DNA of 64,000 nucleotides. Source: a bacterium. Lineage in GTDB: Bacteria; UBA8248. Below the pieces are notes generated by a model, which was not told where the DNA came from, did no database searches, and was given only the letters and a program-made list of their open reading frames with translations. Shown here piece after piece: positions 50,320-61,269 of this stretch; within the stretch, counting starts at the first letter, position 1; each line of letters starts with the position of its first letter. The position numbers and the translations under genes were made by a program. The stretch lies in NCBI GenBank assembly GCA_965213685.1, contig CBDBZY010000038.1:32001-96000 (forward strand), in the 5' to 3' direction.

Positions 50320-50784
50320 TCAGAATTCGAGATCGATGAAACCTTCCTCCAGCGCATCGCCGCCGCCATCGAGCGCGCCGGCACCTGCGTCCGTCTGCTC
50401 ATCTGTCTCCTCGTCCCATCGCGCCCGACCCCAAATCTCGAACCGATCCTCGATGCCCACGATCACGGCCTCTTTCTCTATGCCGACAGCCGCGCGGAGC
50501 TTGGCGGGCAACAAAATTCGCCCCTGCCTGTCCAGCTCGCACGGAACCGCCCGCCCATACATCCTGCGGAGATAGCGGCGAACCTCCTTGCGGGAGGTGG
50601 GCAGGCTGCGAATTTTCTCGCTGAACCTGCGCTTCCACTCCGCCAGCGGGTAGGCGAAGATGCAGCCGTCCATGCCGAGGAGAACCACCTGGCCGCCGAA
50701 CGTCGCGCCCAGATACTCCCGGAACCGGGCGGGAACGCTGACGCGCCCCTTCGCATCCACGGCGACGACGTGAGAACCAAACAT
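50320..50784 (-). CDS. mraZ: Transcriptional regulator MraZ
   Basis: Two DxxGR repeats (DAKGRV, DRQGRI) and EIW; first gene of the dcw cluster. Confidence 0.95.
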   Translation of the reverse strand: MFGSHVVAVDAKGRVSVPARFREYLGATFGGQVVLLGMDGCIFAYPLAEWKRRFSEKIRSLPTSRKEVRRYLRRMYGRAVPCELDRQGRILLPAKLRAAVGIEKEAVIVGIEDRFEIWGRARWDEETDEQTDAGAGALDGGGDALEEGFIDLEF

Positions 50785-50793
50785 CTCGGCATC

Positions 50794-50858
50794 TCCCATT
50801 CCTTCCCACAATATCCCACATATTTTTCATTTATAGTCCGCTTCCGACGGAGTGTCAA
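50794..50858 (-). promoter_or_regulatory. dcw promoter with MraZ-binding repeats
   Basis: TTGACA (50858-50853)-17-TATAAA (50835-50830), then three TGGGA boxes with a 10-bp period (50818, 50808, 50798). Confidence 0.85.
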
Positions 50859-51306
50859 GAGCAAAGCGGAAGAGACTTTGAAAAAACAATTGTTTCTGGG
50901 AAAATAGCGGAGAAACCGTTTGAATGGCTAACAGATAGAAATCTAGAATTTACATCAGAAAATTATTTTTAAACAATTGAAATAAAAGCAAGAAAATATA
51001 TTTGTGGTTGATAGTGGGAGAATAAAAGTCAAATCGAAAAAGAACGGTGCGGGTGGGTGAAAAAACCTTGCCAGGAAGAGAGAAGAACGAGGGTCAGCGG
51101 CTTCGAGGGTTTCGCCGGCGCGGCCGTGTGCAGGAGAAGCGCGGCCTTGCGCAGGACGCTTCGCCCGCCCGCGAATTATCCCTGGGTATGCGGGATGGAT
51201 GAGCGGACGGGCGCTGGGGAGCGCGAGGTTTCGTCGGCCAGGGAATCCGCGCCCGGAACAACACAACAAACCTCCCCGGGACCGGGCCGGGCGCGGATGC
51301 GGGAAA

Positions 51307-52179
51307 TCAGAAGCAGTGCTCCTCTCCGGGAAACGCGCCTTCGCGCACCTCCCGGCAGTAATGCGCTATCGCCTCTGTGGTCATCTGTCCGACGTCGGCG
51401 TACACCTTGGCGAATTTCGGGGTGAAATCGCGGAACAGGCGAAGCATGTCATGGGTGACGAGCACCTGGCCGTCGCAATCGGGACCCGCGCCGATGCCAA
51501 TGGTGGGAATGTCAACCTCCCGCGTCACGCGGGCGCCCAAAGCCGCCGGTATGCCCTCGAGCACGATGGAAAACGCACCGCCCTCCTGCACGGCCACCGC
51601 GTCGCGCAACACCTGCGCGGCGCCCTCATCGGTTTTCCCCTGCACCCGGAAGCCGCCGAACGCATGGACGCTCTGGGGGGTGAGGCCGACGTGTCCCATC
51701 ACAGGAATCTGGCTGTCCACCACCGCGCGTATTTCCTCTTTCACGCGAACGCCGCCCTCGAGCTTCACCGCCTCGGCGCACCCCTCGCGAATCAGGCGGC
51801 CGGCGTTCAGGATGGTGTCGCGCGCGCTGACGCCGAAGCTCAAGAAGGGCAAGTCCGCCACGAGCAGCGCCCTGGGATGCGCGCGGCTCACCGCCCGGGT
51901 GTGGTGCACCATGTCATCCAGCGTAACCTTTGTCGTGTCCGGATATCCCAGAACCACCATTCCCAGGCTGTCGCCGACCAGGATGACGTCCACGTCGGCC
52001 CCGTCCACGAGCTTCGCAGTGGGGTAGTCGTACGCGGTGACGGAGGTGACCTTTCTCCCCCCCTTGCGCGCGCGGATGGTGGCGGCGGTGATTTTTCTGC
52101 GCGCATTCCTGGGCGCGCCGTTTCCATTCCCGGGGGGGTTGCCGTTCGCATACGGCTGGGCGAGGCTTTTTGTGCTCAT
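51307..52179 (-). CDS. panB: 3-methyl-2-oxobutanoate hydroxymethyltransferase
   Basis: TAYDY, LVGDSLG, VKLEGG, GHVGLTPQ, GIGAG..CDGQVLV. Confidence 0.97.
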   Translation of the reverse strand: MSTKSLAQPYANGNPPGNGNGAPRNARRKITAATIRARKGGRKVTSVTAYDYPTAKLVDGADVDVILVGDSLGMVVLGYPDTTKVTLDDMVHHTRAVSRAHPRALLVADLPFLSFGVSARDTILNAGRLIREGCAEAVKLEGGVRVKEEIRAVVDSQIPVMGHVGLTPQSVHAFGGFRVQGKTDEGAAQVLRDAVAVQEGGAFSIVLEGIPAALGARVTREVDIPTIGIGAGPDCDGQVLVTHDMLRLFRDFTPKFAKVYADVGQMTTEAIAHYCREVREGAFPGEEHCF

Positions 52180-52282
52180 GGTCGCTCCTTTGTGGGTGAA
52201 CGCCTGTTGCGGTGCCGGTTTCGGGGTACGGTTCCTGCGTCCATGTCCAGGGCGCGAAGGCTCCCGGCATGAGAGGAAAAGA

Positions 52283-53277
52283 CTAGGGGTTCCGCCTCCC
52301 CCTGTCAACACGCGCGCCGCCCCCTGCCCGCGCGGAGGAAGGCTGGGTCTCCAGAGCCAGGATTTTGTAATACAAAGACTTATGGGCAGGCATGGAAACG
52401 CCTCGCGCATCCGCGCGTTCGAGGAGGCGGCCCGTGACCTCCCGTATCTCGCTTCTGCGGCCGCGCATGAAATCCTGCCACATGGAGTTTCGGTTGCCGG
52501 CCGTGGCCCGGGCGACCTCCCGAACGACCTCGAGGACGCCGATCGCCATCCCCTCCGCATCGACGAGCCTCTGCAGCTCCCCGGCCAGTGCCTCTACCCG
52601 CGCGGCGGCGGAGGGCGTATCCAGCAGCGCGCCGTTTTTCAATTCCAGGAGCACTCCCAGGGGATTGATGACCGCGTTGGCCACCGCCTTTCTCCATTCC
52701 GCCTCTTTCGCATCGCGCTCCCGGCGGACGCGAACCCCTGCAGTCTGGAGAAACTCCGCCAGCCGCCCGACGCTCTGTGCGCCCCCCGGGCCCGGGGCGA
52801 GCGTGACCTCCAGTGCGCCGAACTGGTTCAGGCGCCCGGGGCGCGTGATTTCGGCGCCCGTGTGGACGAGTCCCCGGACGAGCCCGCACTCCCGATACGC
52901 GGAGGGGAGATTCTCGCAGACGTCCAGTCCGTTCGAGAAAACGGCCGCGACGGTTCCCGTGCCCCGCCATCCTCGTCAAATTCGCGGGCGGCGTCCCGCA
53001 CCTCTCCCGCCTTGACGGTGAAAAGGAGGTGGGAGGCCACGAGGTCGCGGGCGCCCCTGCGCACCAGGGGGCGGGGCCGCGCAGGGCGCCTCCCCGTGAA
53101 CGCGGACGCCGCCCGTCGCTATCGCATCCAGGTGGGCGCGCGTCTCGGGGCCGGGGTCCGAGGAGCCCGCCAGACAGATTCTCCGGTCGCGGGCGCCATT
53201 CCGCCAGTCGCGCCGCGAATCATGGTTCCCACGGCTCCGGGACCCACGACGACGATGGGGGCTGCGCCTTCGGCCAA
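52283..53277 (-). CDS. panE: Ketopantoate reductase (ApbA/PanE family), multiple apparent indels
   Basis: VVVGPGAVG N-terminus, FTVKA, ANAVINPL, TAGNRNSMWQDF..GRRSEI in successive frames; adjacent to panB. Confidence 0.75.
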
Positions 53278-53290
53278 AGGAAGCCTCGCC

Positions 53291-54161
53291 CTAGCCGCCC
53301 AGGGGAGCGCCAAAGAAGCAGGCCGCCCACGAGGAGGAAGACGAAGGAGAGAAACATTTTCATTTTCTCGCCATCGACCCGGTTGTTGATGAACGGGGAT
53401 ATCTGTCCGCCGCAGGCGACGGCGGGAATCGTCATGAACAGGATGTTCCAGTGCACGCTCACCTCGCCGGACGAAAAACACGTAGGCGTGCACCAGGGTT
53501 GGCCGGCAGCACCCGTCGCGAAGAACGATGAGAATTCCCGTCCCCACCGCCACCCGAAACGGGCAGCCTGTCTTTCACGACCAGGGTGGTGGTCGTGAGC
53601 TCGCCGATGCCAATGCCCGTGAACCCCACGAGGATGCCGCCCCAGGGCCGACCAGCCGTAGCCGAAGAGCCCGTGCTCGTAGCGATACCAGTATCTGCGG
53701 CCCATCGCGTCGATGCGGACGGGCGCGCCGGCCCCCTCCGCCTGTTCGGCCTCGGGAATTCCGCCCTGGATGTAGGCGAACAGCATGGCGACGGCGAGAA
53801 GCACCATCATCGCGCCCAGCAGACCCAAAATGATTTTCGCAGGGACGGAATGCGCCAGGAAGCCGAACGCCATCCCTGCGGGCACGGACACGACAAGCAC
53901 CTTCCGGGCGATGTCGAAATCCCACCAGCTCTTCTTCTGACGTAGCCCGTGAGCGCGCTACCGAAGCCGAAAATTTCGATGGAGAGCGCCAGAAACACGG
54001 CCTCCCAGGGGAGCGATGGACACATCCGCCACCCAGGGGAAGAGGAGGATGAATATGGGCGCGAAGAAAACCGCCCCCTCCACGCTCGTGCTCGTCGCCG
54101 TGAGGCATACGCAGAACGCGACGGGCAGCATCCACCAAAACTCAAATATGTATCCCAACAA
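53291..54161 (-). CDS. TauE/SafE-family (sulfite exporter-like) membrane protein, multiple apparent indels
   Basis: VEGAVFFAPIF, IEIFGFGS, (G)IGVGEL, TIPAVACGGQI hydrophobic segments spread across frames. Confidence 0.7.
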
Positions 54162-54273
54162 GACGCTCCCCCCTCCCTGTCCACGCCAAATTCACGGAAA
54201 GCGGCCCGCGCGGGCCGAGCGTCCGGGCGGGGCGGCTGCGGGCGGGTATGATCCGCGCGCAAGAGAGAGCCTC

Positions 54274-55156
54274 TTACGGGGCGACGCTCCCCCGACCGAT
54301 GGCCTCCCCCATGCGCACCGCCTCGACGGCCGCCCGCACGTCGTGGGTGCGGACCATGTCCGCACCGCCCATCACGGCGAAAGCCTCGGCGACTTTCGAG
54401 CCGACGAGCCGCGCACGGGCCGCCTCGACCATCGTGGCCGCCCCGATGAACGCCTTTCTGGAAACGCCGACGACCACCGGCCAGCCCAGATTCGTCAGGA
54501 CGTGCATTCGCCGCAATATCTCCAGGTTGTGATCCCACGATTTCCCAAACCCGATGCCCGGGTCGATCAGGACGGAGGCGATTCCGTCCCGCTCGGCGGC
54601 GCGCGCCCTTCGGCGCAGGCAGCGCGACACCTCGCCCGCGACGTCCCGATACTCCGGATTCTCCTGCATCGTCCGGGGGCGCCCCCCGCATGTGCATGGC
54701 GATGGCCGCCGCGCCGAACTCCGCGACCACCGCGCGCATCCTCGGGTCGCAGAGACCGGTGACGTCGTTCACGATGTGCGCGCCGGCGCCCAGGGCGGCC
54801 CGCGCCACGGCGACCTTCGAGGTGTCCACCGAGACGAGGGGCCCCGCCTCCATGTCCATGCGCTCCAGAATCGGCATGATGCGCCCGATCTCCTCCGCCG
54901 CATCCACCGCCCCCGAGCCGGGCCGCGTGCTCTCGCCGCCGACGTCGATGACGTCGGCTCCCTCCTCCGTCATCCGGGCAATCTGCTCGAGTGCCCGCGC
55001 GGCGTCCAGAAACGCGCCGCCGTCGGAGAAGCTGTCCGGGGTGGCGTTCAGGACGCCCATGACCCGCACCCGCCCGAAATCCAGCGTCCGCCCGCGGCAC
55101 TTCACCGGTGGCGCGGAGGCCCGCCTCGCGGAGGTGAAGCGCAGGCACCCTCTCAC
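54274..55156 (-). CDS. folP: Dihydropteroate synthase (indel at ~54680)
   Basis: MGVLNATPDSFSDGG, DVGGESTRPG, MHMRG, DPGIGFGK, SRK, RTHDV. Confidence 0.94.
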
Positions 55157-56592
55157 GGGAGCGCCTCGGCCGGAAAAGCGGAGCCGCTCTCCAGCATCCG
55201 CTCCTCGCTCACCCAGCGGCGCCTCAACTCCCCGGCCAGGAACATCGACCCCGTGACGACGACGAGGTCCTCCTCCCCCGCCCGGGCGAGCGCCTCATCC
55301 AGCGCCTCCCATGGGTCCATGTGCACCTCCGTCCGGCCGGCGCCCGCCCTTTCGAGCGCGAGAGAGAGAACGTCCGGCGCCAGGCCGGGCCTGGGCGCGC
55401 CCGCCGGGGGAAGCGTCAGGAAAAACAGGTCGCCCACGGCGGCGAAAACCTCCGCCATTCCCGCAAAATCCTTGTCGCCCACCACTCCGAGAACGAAGAG
55501 GACGCGCCCCGAAACCCCTTCGTCCCGGATGCCCTCCGCCAGGGCGCGCGCCTTGTCGCGGTTGTGCGCGCCGTCGAGCAGCACCTGCGGGCCGGCCTGC
55601 ACCCACTCCATCCGGCACGGCAGACGCGCAGAGGCGACGCCACGGCGCACCTCCGGCTCCCCCAGGCCCAGCAATCTGCCCGCACCGGCGGCGAGGCGCG
55701 CGTTTTGCGTCTGGTGGGCGCCGGCCATGCGGGTGGAGAAACCCTCCCACCGGCTCCCGTCGTCGAACGCCAGGTCGAACGAAGCGCCGCGGGAGCGCAG
55801 CTTCGTGTTTTCCAGGCGCGGCGGCGCGCACAGGAGGGCGCCGCGACGGGCGGCGGCGCGCTCGACCTCCGCCCTCGCCTCCGGCGGCAGCGCCTGCGAG
55901 ATGACGCGGCCATTCTCCGTGATGATGCCGGCCTTGTCGCGCGCTATCCGCGCGAGCGAATCGCCAAGCAGCTCGGTATGATCCAGCCCGACCGACGCAA
56001 TGACGTCGAGGGCGGCCGGGCCCACGGCGTTCGTGGCGTCAAACGCCCCGCCCAGCCCCGCCTCCAGAACAAGACATTCGCACTCCGCCTCCCTGGCCAT
56101 CAAAAGCAGAAGGGCGAGGGTCGCCTCAAAGAACGAAGGGGGCCCGAACGCGGGCTCGGCCGCCATCCGGGCGGCCGCCTCTGCCAGCTCCCGCGCGCAT
56201 CGCCCGATGCGCTCCGCCTCCGCGAAGCGGCCCCCGATCCAGAAGCGCTCGACTATCGAGGTGAGGTGGGGCGAGAAAAACGCCGCCGTTCTCCTGCCCG
56301 ACGCCAGGAGAGACTCCGCTATCATCAGCGCGGTGGAGCCCTTGCCGCTCGTCCCCACAACGTGCACGACGGACTGCCCCTCTTCGGGCACCCCGAGGAT
56401 TTCATGCAGCCGCCTGGCCCGGGCAAGCCCCGGGCCCTCTATCCGCACCCCGCGCGCGTCCAGACGCGGGCGCCAGGATTTCTTGGGCGTCGCGGCCAGG
56501 GTGCCCAGGAATCCCTCGACGCGCCGCAGCGTCTCGGACGGGGCGAGCGAATCCTCCAGCACAGGAGCAGCGATGAGATTCGGGGGGGACAT
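55153..56592 (-). CDS. folC: Dihydrofolate/folylpolyglutamate synthase
   Basis: HVVGTSGKGST, SPHL, EAGLGG..DATN, DH..LG, DGAHN, TGSMFLAGE. Confidence 0.9.
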   Translation of the reverse strand: MSPPNLIAAPVLEDSLAPSETLRRVEGFLGTLAATPKKSWRPRLDARGVRIEGPGLARARRLHEILGVPEEGQSVVHVVGTSGKGSTALMIAESLLASGRRTAAFFSPHLTSIVERFWIGGRFAEAERIGRCARELAEAAARMAAEPAFGPPSFFEATLALLLLMAREAECECLVLEAGLGGAFDATNAVGPAALDVIASVGLDHTELLGDSLARIARDKAGIITENGRVISQALPPEARAEVERAAARRGALLCAPPRLENTKLRSRGASFDLAFDDGSRWEGFSTRMAGAHQTQNARLAAGAGRLLGLGEPEVRRGVASARLPCRMEWVQAGPQVLLDGAHNRDKARALAEGIRDEGVSGRVLFVLGVVGDKDFAGMAEVFAAVGDLFFLTLPPAGAPRPGLAPDVLSLALERAGAGRTEVHMDPWEALDEALARAGEEDLVVVTGSMFLAGELRRRWVSEERMLESGSAFPAEALP

Positions 56593-56593
56593 T

Positions 56594-58132
56594 TCAGTGC
56601 CGGAAATGGCGTCTGCCCGTAAAGACCATGGCGATGTCGCGCTCGGCGGCCGCCCGGATGACCTCTTCATCGCGCACGGAGCCGCCCGGCTGGGCAATCG
56701 CGCGCACCCCGTGGGAGGCCGCGGCGTCCACTCCGTCGCGGAACGGGAAGAAGGCGTCCGATCCCAGGGCGCAGCCCTCGAGCGGCAAGACGGCGCGCCC
56801 GGCGGCCAGGCGGGTGGCGTCCACCCGGCTCATCTGGCCCGCGCCCACGCCCACGGTGCCGTTCGGATCCGCCATGACGATGGCGTTGCTCTTCACGTGG
56901 CGCGCCACGCGCCAGGCGAGCGCCAGCGCCTTCGCCTCGTCCGGCGCGGGGGCGCGGGGGGTGACGACATCCCAGCGAAACTCCTCGGTCGAGAGACGAT
57001 CGCGCTCCTGCAGAAGAACTCCGCCGGGCACCGAGCGCATGTCGTGGCCCGCCGGGGCGGAATCGCCCAGACCCGGAAGGCGCAGGATTCGGAGATTTTT
57101 TTTCCGCCGCATGAGGGAGAGCGCGTCGTCGTCAAAATCCGGCGCAACCACCGCCTCTACGAAGAGTTTTCTCATGGCCTCGGCCACATCCGCATCGACC
57201 TTTCGGTTGAAGCCGACCACGCTGCCGAAGGCCGAGACGGGATCGCACGCGAGGGCGCGCTCGTAGGCGGCCGCCTGGGAGCGTCCCAAGCCCACGCCGC
57301 ACGGATTGGTGTGCTTGATGATGACGCAGGCGACCCCCTCCAGATCGTTCGCCAGCTCGGCGGCGGCGGCGGCGTCCAGGAGGTTGTTGAACGAGAGCTC
57401 CTTTCCGCCCAGGACTTCCGCATCGCAAAGGGAGAACCCGGCGGGGCCGTCCAGCCGATACAGCGCGCCCCTCTGGTGGGGGTTTTCCCCGTAGCGAAGG
57501 GTCTGCGCGCGGCGGAGGACGACGTCGATTCGCTCGGGGAGCGGCTCTTCGGCGCCGGTGCCCAGATAGCCGGCGATAGCGTCGTCGTAGCGCGCGGTGT
57601 GGCGAAACGCCTTGCGGGCCAGGCCCGCCAGCCAATCAGACGGAAAATTTCCCCCGCCTCCCAGGTGCCCGATGGCGTCCGGGTAGTCGGCCGGGTCCAC
57701 GAGCACGGCCACGCGCCCGTGGTTTTTGGACGCCGCGCGCACCATGGCGGGGCCGCCGATGTCGATTTGCTCGACGGCCTTCGCCCGCGTGACGCCGGCT
57801 CTGGCGACCGTCTCCCGGAACGGGTAGAGGTTCACCGCCACCAGGTCGATGGGCGCGATGCCGTTCGCCCGCATCTCCGCCTCGTGGCCGGGCAGCACCG
57901 CCAGGATGCCGCCCAGAATCTTCGGGTGCAGCGTCTTGACGCGCCCGTCCATGATCTCCGGATGCCCCGTATAATCGGAAACCTCCCGCACGGGGATTCC
58001 CGCGTCGCGCAGCACCCTCGCCGTGCCGCCCGTGGAGAGCACCTCCCAGCCCGCCCCGTCCAGGGCGGCGGCGAGGGCCGCGACGCCCGTCTTGTCGCTC
58101 ACGCTGATGAGGGCGCGGCGCCTCTCTCCCAC
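56594..58132 (-). CDS. purH: Bifunctional AICAR transformylase/IMP cyclohydrolase
   Basis: ALISVSDK, GRVKTLHP, LRYGENPHQ, KHTNPCG, KSNAI, QPGGS.RD, RHFRH. Confidence 0.98.
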   Translation of the reverse strand: MGERRRALISVSDKTGVAALAAALDGAGWEVLSTGGTARVLRDAGIPVREVSDYTGHPEIMDGRVKTLHPKILGGILAVLPGHEAEMRANGIAPIDLVAVNLYPFRETVARAGVTRAKAVEQIDIGGPAMVRAASKNHGRVAVLVDPADYPDAIGHLGGGGNFPSDWLAGLARKAFRHTARYDDAIAGYLGTGAEEPLPERIDVVLRRAQTLRYGENPHQRGALYRLDGPAGFSLCDAEVLGGKELSFNNLLDAAAAAELANDLEGVACVIIKHTNPCGVGLGRSQAAAYERALACDPVSAFGSVVGFNRKVDADVAEAMRKLFVEAVVAPDFDDDALSLMRRKKNLRILRLPGLGDSAPAGHDMRSVPGGVLLQERDRLSTEEFRWDVVTPRAPAPDEAKALALAWRVARHVKSNAIVMADPNGTVGVGAGQMSRVDATRLAAGRAVLPLEGCALGSDAFFPFRDGVDAAASHGVRAIAQPGGSVRDEEVIRAAAERDIAMVFTGRRHFRH

Positions 58133-58135
58133 GGC

Positions 58136-59386
58136 CTACGCCTCCTCCCGGCGCACTTCATACCCTTCTTGCAGCAGAATCTGCATCAGCCTCTCCAGGT
58201 GCTCCCGCCCGCGCACCTCCATGTGGAGGGTGGAGAGGGTATGGTTGATGGGCACTTCCGTCGAAAGCCTGTCATGCTCGATATGGATGATGTTCACCCG
58301 GCAGTCGGCCACGATCTTGGACAGCCGCATCAGCGCGCCGGGCGCGTCGTGGAGCGGCACCTGTATGCGCGCGTAGCGGTTCGCGAGGGCCAGACCTTTG
58401 CCGATGATGCGCGAGAGGAGGTTGACGTCGAGGTTTCCGCCGCTGACCAGGGAGACGACCTTCCCGCTTACCCTCGTCTTTCTCTCGATGAGCGCCGCCA
58501 GCGAGGAGGCGCCCGCCGCCTCGACCAGCATCCGCTCCCGCTCCAGAAGCCCCAGAATGGCGTTCGCCATCGCGTCGTCGGAGACCGAGACCACCTGATC
58601 CACCAACTCCTGGATCAGGGGAAAGCAAATTCCCCCGATTCTCTTGACGGCGATTCCGTCCGCAATCGTCTGGACCGCCTCCGACTCGATGATTCTTCCC
58701 GCATCCAGGGAGCGCACGAGCGAGGCGGCGCCCTCGGCCACCACGCCGATGACGCGCACGTCGGGCTTGCGCGTCTTCACCACCGCGGCCAGACCCGAGA
58801 TGAGACCGCCCCCTCCGACGGGGACGAGGATGGTGCCCGCATCCGGCACCTCCTCGAGTATCTCCAGACCGAGCGTGCCCTGGCCCGCGATGACGTCGAG
58901 GTGGTCAAAGGGAGGTATCATCTTCAGGCCGCGCTCTTTTTCGTGGGCGCGGGCGCGCTCATAGGCGTCATCAAAGGAGGAGCCGAACAACTCCGTCTCG
59001 GCGCCCAGGGCGGTCACGGCGTCGAGCTTGGTGTTCGGCGTGGACTCCGGCATCACCACCAGGGCCTTGACGCCCAGCTGTTTCGCCGCGAAGGCGACGC
59101 CCTGGGCGTGGTTTCCCGCACTGGCGGTGACGACGCCCCACCGGTGCTGCGCGGGCGCCAGCTTTTGCAGCGCATATATGCCGCCGCGCACCTTGAAGGA
59201 GCCCGTCCGCTGAAAATTCTCCGGCTTGAGGTAAATCTCGACCCCCAGCTGCTCGGAGAAATGCTCGGTAAGGCGGGCGGGAGTCGGCCGCAAATAAGGC
59301 GATACCGCCTCGGCCGCCCGGCTCGCCTCGGCAGCGATGAGCGATGGCTCCAGCGCCCCTCGTGACGTCCCGGATTCCGTTTTCAT
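58136..59386 (-). CDS. ilvA: Threonine ammonia-lyase with C-terminal ACT domain
   Basis: ENFQRTGSFKVRG, SAGNHAQG, PVGGGGL, SGGN, DAPGAL ACT domain. Confidence 0.93.
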   Translation of the reverse strand: MKTESGTSRGALEPSLIAAEASRAAEAVSPYLRPTPARLTEHFSEQLGVEIYLKPENFQRTGSFKVRGGIYALQKLAPAQHRWGVVTASAGNHAQGVAFAAKQLGVKALVVMPESTPNTKLDAVTALGAETELFGSSFDDAYERARAHEKERGLKMIPPFDHLDVIAGQGTLGLEILEEVPDAGTILVPVGGGGLISGLAAVVKTRKPDVRVIGVVAEGAASLVRSLDAGRIIESEAVQTIADGIAVKRIGGICFPLIQELVDQVVSVSDDAMANAILGLLERERMLVEAAGASSLAALIERKTRVSGKVVSLVSGGNLDVNLLSRIIGKGLALANRYARIQVPLHDAPGALMRLSKIVADCRVNIIHIEHDRLSTEVPINHTLSTLHMEVRGREHLERLMQILLQEGYEVRREEA

Positions 59387-59530
59387 GCGCATTCTTCTTC
59401 CTGTTCCAGCGGAAACGCGGCGCACGCCGCCTCCGCTCCGGGGCCTGTGCCCCGCCCGTTTTTCCCCGGGGGACGGGCGCATCGGCGGGGGCTTTCTCAG
59501 CCTCCCGAAGCGCATCCTGGAGCCGTGCAG

Positions 59531-59898
59531 CCGGAGCGGGCCTGTAAGCCGGGTTCTGTCACCCGCCCGACGGGCGGGTCCGCGGCCATCTATCTGGGAC
59601 GATGGTTGCCCACCGCCTCAAGCAGCCTACCCGGGGATATCGGACGGGCCGCCCTCAAGCATCCCCTTATTTGGCCTTGCTCCAGGTGGGGTTTACCAAG
59701 CCAGCCCGGTCGCCCGGGCTGCTGGTGCGCTCTTACCGCACCTTTTCACCCTTACCCCGCCCGCGGGCGAGGCGGTTTGTTTTCTGTGGCACTTTCCCGA
59801 GGGTCGCCCCTGGTGGACGTTATCCACCACCCTGCCCTGCGGAGCCCGGACTTTCCTCCCGCAGACGACGCTGCGCGCGGCCGCGCAGCCCGCTCCGG
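59531..59898 (-). ncRNA. rnpB: RNase P RNA (type A)
   Basis: GAGGAAAGTCCGGGCTCC near the 5' end, ACAGAACCCGGCTTAC near the 3' end, P1 helix CCGGAGCGGGC/GCCCGCTCCGG. Confidence 0.96.
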
Positions 59899-59987
59899 CG
59901 AACGTATTTAGTATTTACTAGACTCTCCCGCTGCGCTTTGCCAGACCACTCGCATCCAACATTGACCAACCGGCGAACGTATTTCTC

Positions 59988-60404
59988 TTAAACTCTCCCG
60001 CTGTCGATGGCGCGATTGGCGGCGGCGTCGGCCTCCGCGTTTTCCCCGCGGCGCACGTGGCGCACCTCCACGAAGTCGAACTCTCTGGCCGCTTTCCTCG
60101 CCCGCTCATACAAGGGTTTGAGCGCCTTGTTCCGGACGCGATACTCGCCGCGCCACTGGCGGGCCATGAGTTCAGAGTCCGTCACCACCTCCACGCTCGC
60201 GGCTCCGAGCCTCGCGGCGCGCTCCAGACCCAGCAAAAACGCCTGGTATTCCGCCACGTTGTTGGTCGCGGCGCCCAGATACCGGATTTCCTCCGCCACG
60301 CAGTCGCCCGCGGCGTCATACAGCAAGGCGGCGGCCCCGGCCGGCCCCGGATTCCCGCGCGAGGCGCCGTCGGTGTGAATCCGCAGGTGCCCCCTCTCGC
60401 TCAT
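59988..60404 (-). CDS. rnhA: Ribonuclease HI
   Basis: TDGASRGNPG, TNNVAEY, DSEL, HVRRGEN.EAD..AN. Confidence 0.93.
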   Translation of the reverse strand: MSERGHLRIHTDGASRGNPGPAGAAALLYDAAGDCVAEEIRYLGAATNNVAEYQAFLLGLERAARLGAASVEVVTDSELMARQWRGEYRVRNKALKPLYERARKAAREFDFVEVRHVRRGENAEADAAANRAIDSGRV

Positions 60405-61147
60405 TCCACGTCCGCCGACAGGCTCAACTCCGCCGTCTCGCCCTCTTCGTAGTGGAGGATGCGGCCGCAGCTCGAGCACGTGTATATCTGCCCCTGGGAA
60501 TCCCTGATCTCCAGAAAGCGCTTGATGGTCTCCGCCGTGCGGCAGCCCTGGCACGTGCGATTGACGACGGGGCAAACGGCCAGGCCTTTTCGGGTTTTCC
60601 GCAAGCCCCGGTAGCGCCGCAGCCACTCCCCGCTCACGCCGCCCGCGAGCGATTCGGACTTGTCGGTGAGCGCGCTCAACTCCCGCTCCAGGCGCGCCTG
60701 ACGATCCTCGTGCTTCCGCACCTCGCGGTGGACCCTGGTCCGCGCCGCTTCGAGCGCATCGCGCGCGCTGGCGAGCCTCTCCTCGCGGACCGGCGCGCTG
60801 TCCATGAGCTCGAGGACAACATCCTCCAGGGCGCTGATCCGCCTTTGCCAGCCCTCTATCTCCAGCCCCAGCGCCCGGTATTCTTCGTTCGTCTTGACGA
60901 GCGCCTGCTTGCTACGGGTGTCCCGCAACCCCTGGTCGAAGGACTGAATTCCGCCCTCCGCCTCGCGCAACTTTTTTTGCGAGACCTCCACATCTGTCCG
61001 GAGCTCCTCCACGGCGGCCTCGAAGCCCGCCAGATATTGCCTTTCCTTTTCCATGGAGGCGGGAATCTTGGACATCGCGTCGCGGCAGGCATCCATCCTG
61101 ACATCCGTTGCCTGAAGCTCCACCAAGGCCGCCAGCTCTGGGTGCAC
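60401..61147 (-). CDS. Coiled-coil protein with C4 zinc ribbon (zf-RING_7/CT398-like)
   Basis: LVELQ..D N-terminus, long coiled coil, CQGC...CSSCGRIL. Confidence 0.88.
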   Translation of the reverse strand: MHPELAALVELQATDVRMDACRDAMSKIPASMEKERQYLAGFEAAVEELRTDVEVSQKKLREAEGGIQSFDQGLRDTRSKQALVKTNEEYRALGLEIEGWQRRISALEDVVLELMDSAPVREERLASARDALEAARTRVHREVRKHEDRQARLERELSALTDKSESLAGGVSGEWLRRYRGLRKTRKGLAVCPVVNRTCQGCRTAETIKRFLEIRDSQGQIYTCSSCGRILHYEEGETAELSLSADVE

Positions 61148-61193
61148 TACGAAAGACTCCTCGCATCGATTCCGCCGTGAACCGGAAACCGAG

Positions 61194-61269
61194 TGGTGGG
61201 CCCACCTGGATTCGAACCAAGGACCAGCCGGTTATGAGCCGGCGGCTCTGACCGCTGAGCTATGGGCCC
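61194..61269 (-). tRNA. tRNA-Ile2(CAU) (lysidine type; elongator Met not excluded)
   Basis: 76-nt cloverleaf with CAT anticodon and GGGCCCA acceptor; no fMet features; located downstream of rpoD. Confidence 0.85.

Noticed and set aside
50860-51062. Replication origin in the AT-rich block
   Set aside because: No DnaA boxes (TTATCCACA) seen; better explained as dcw promoter DNA.
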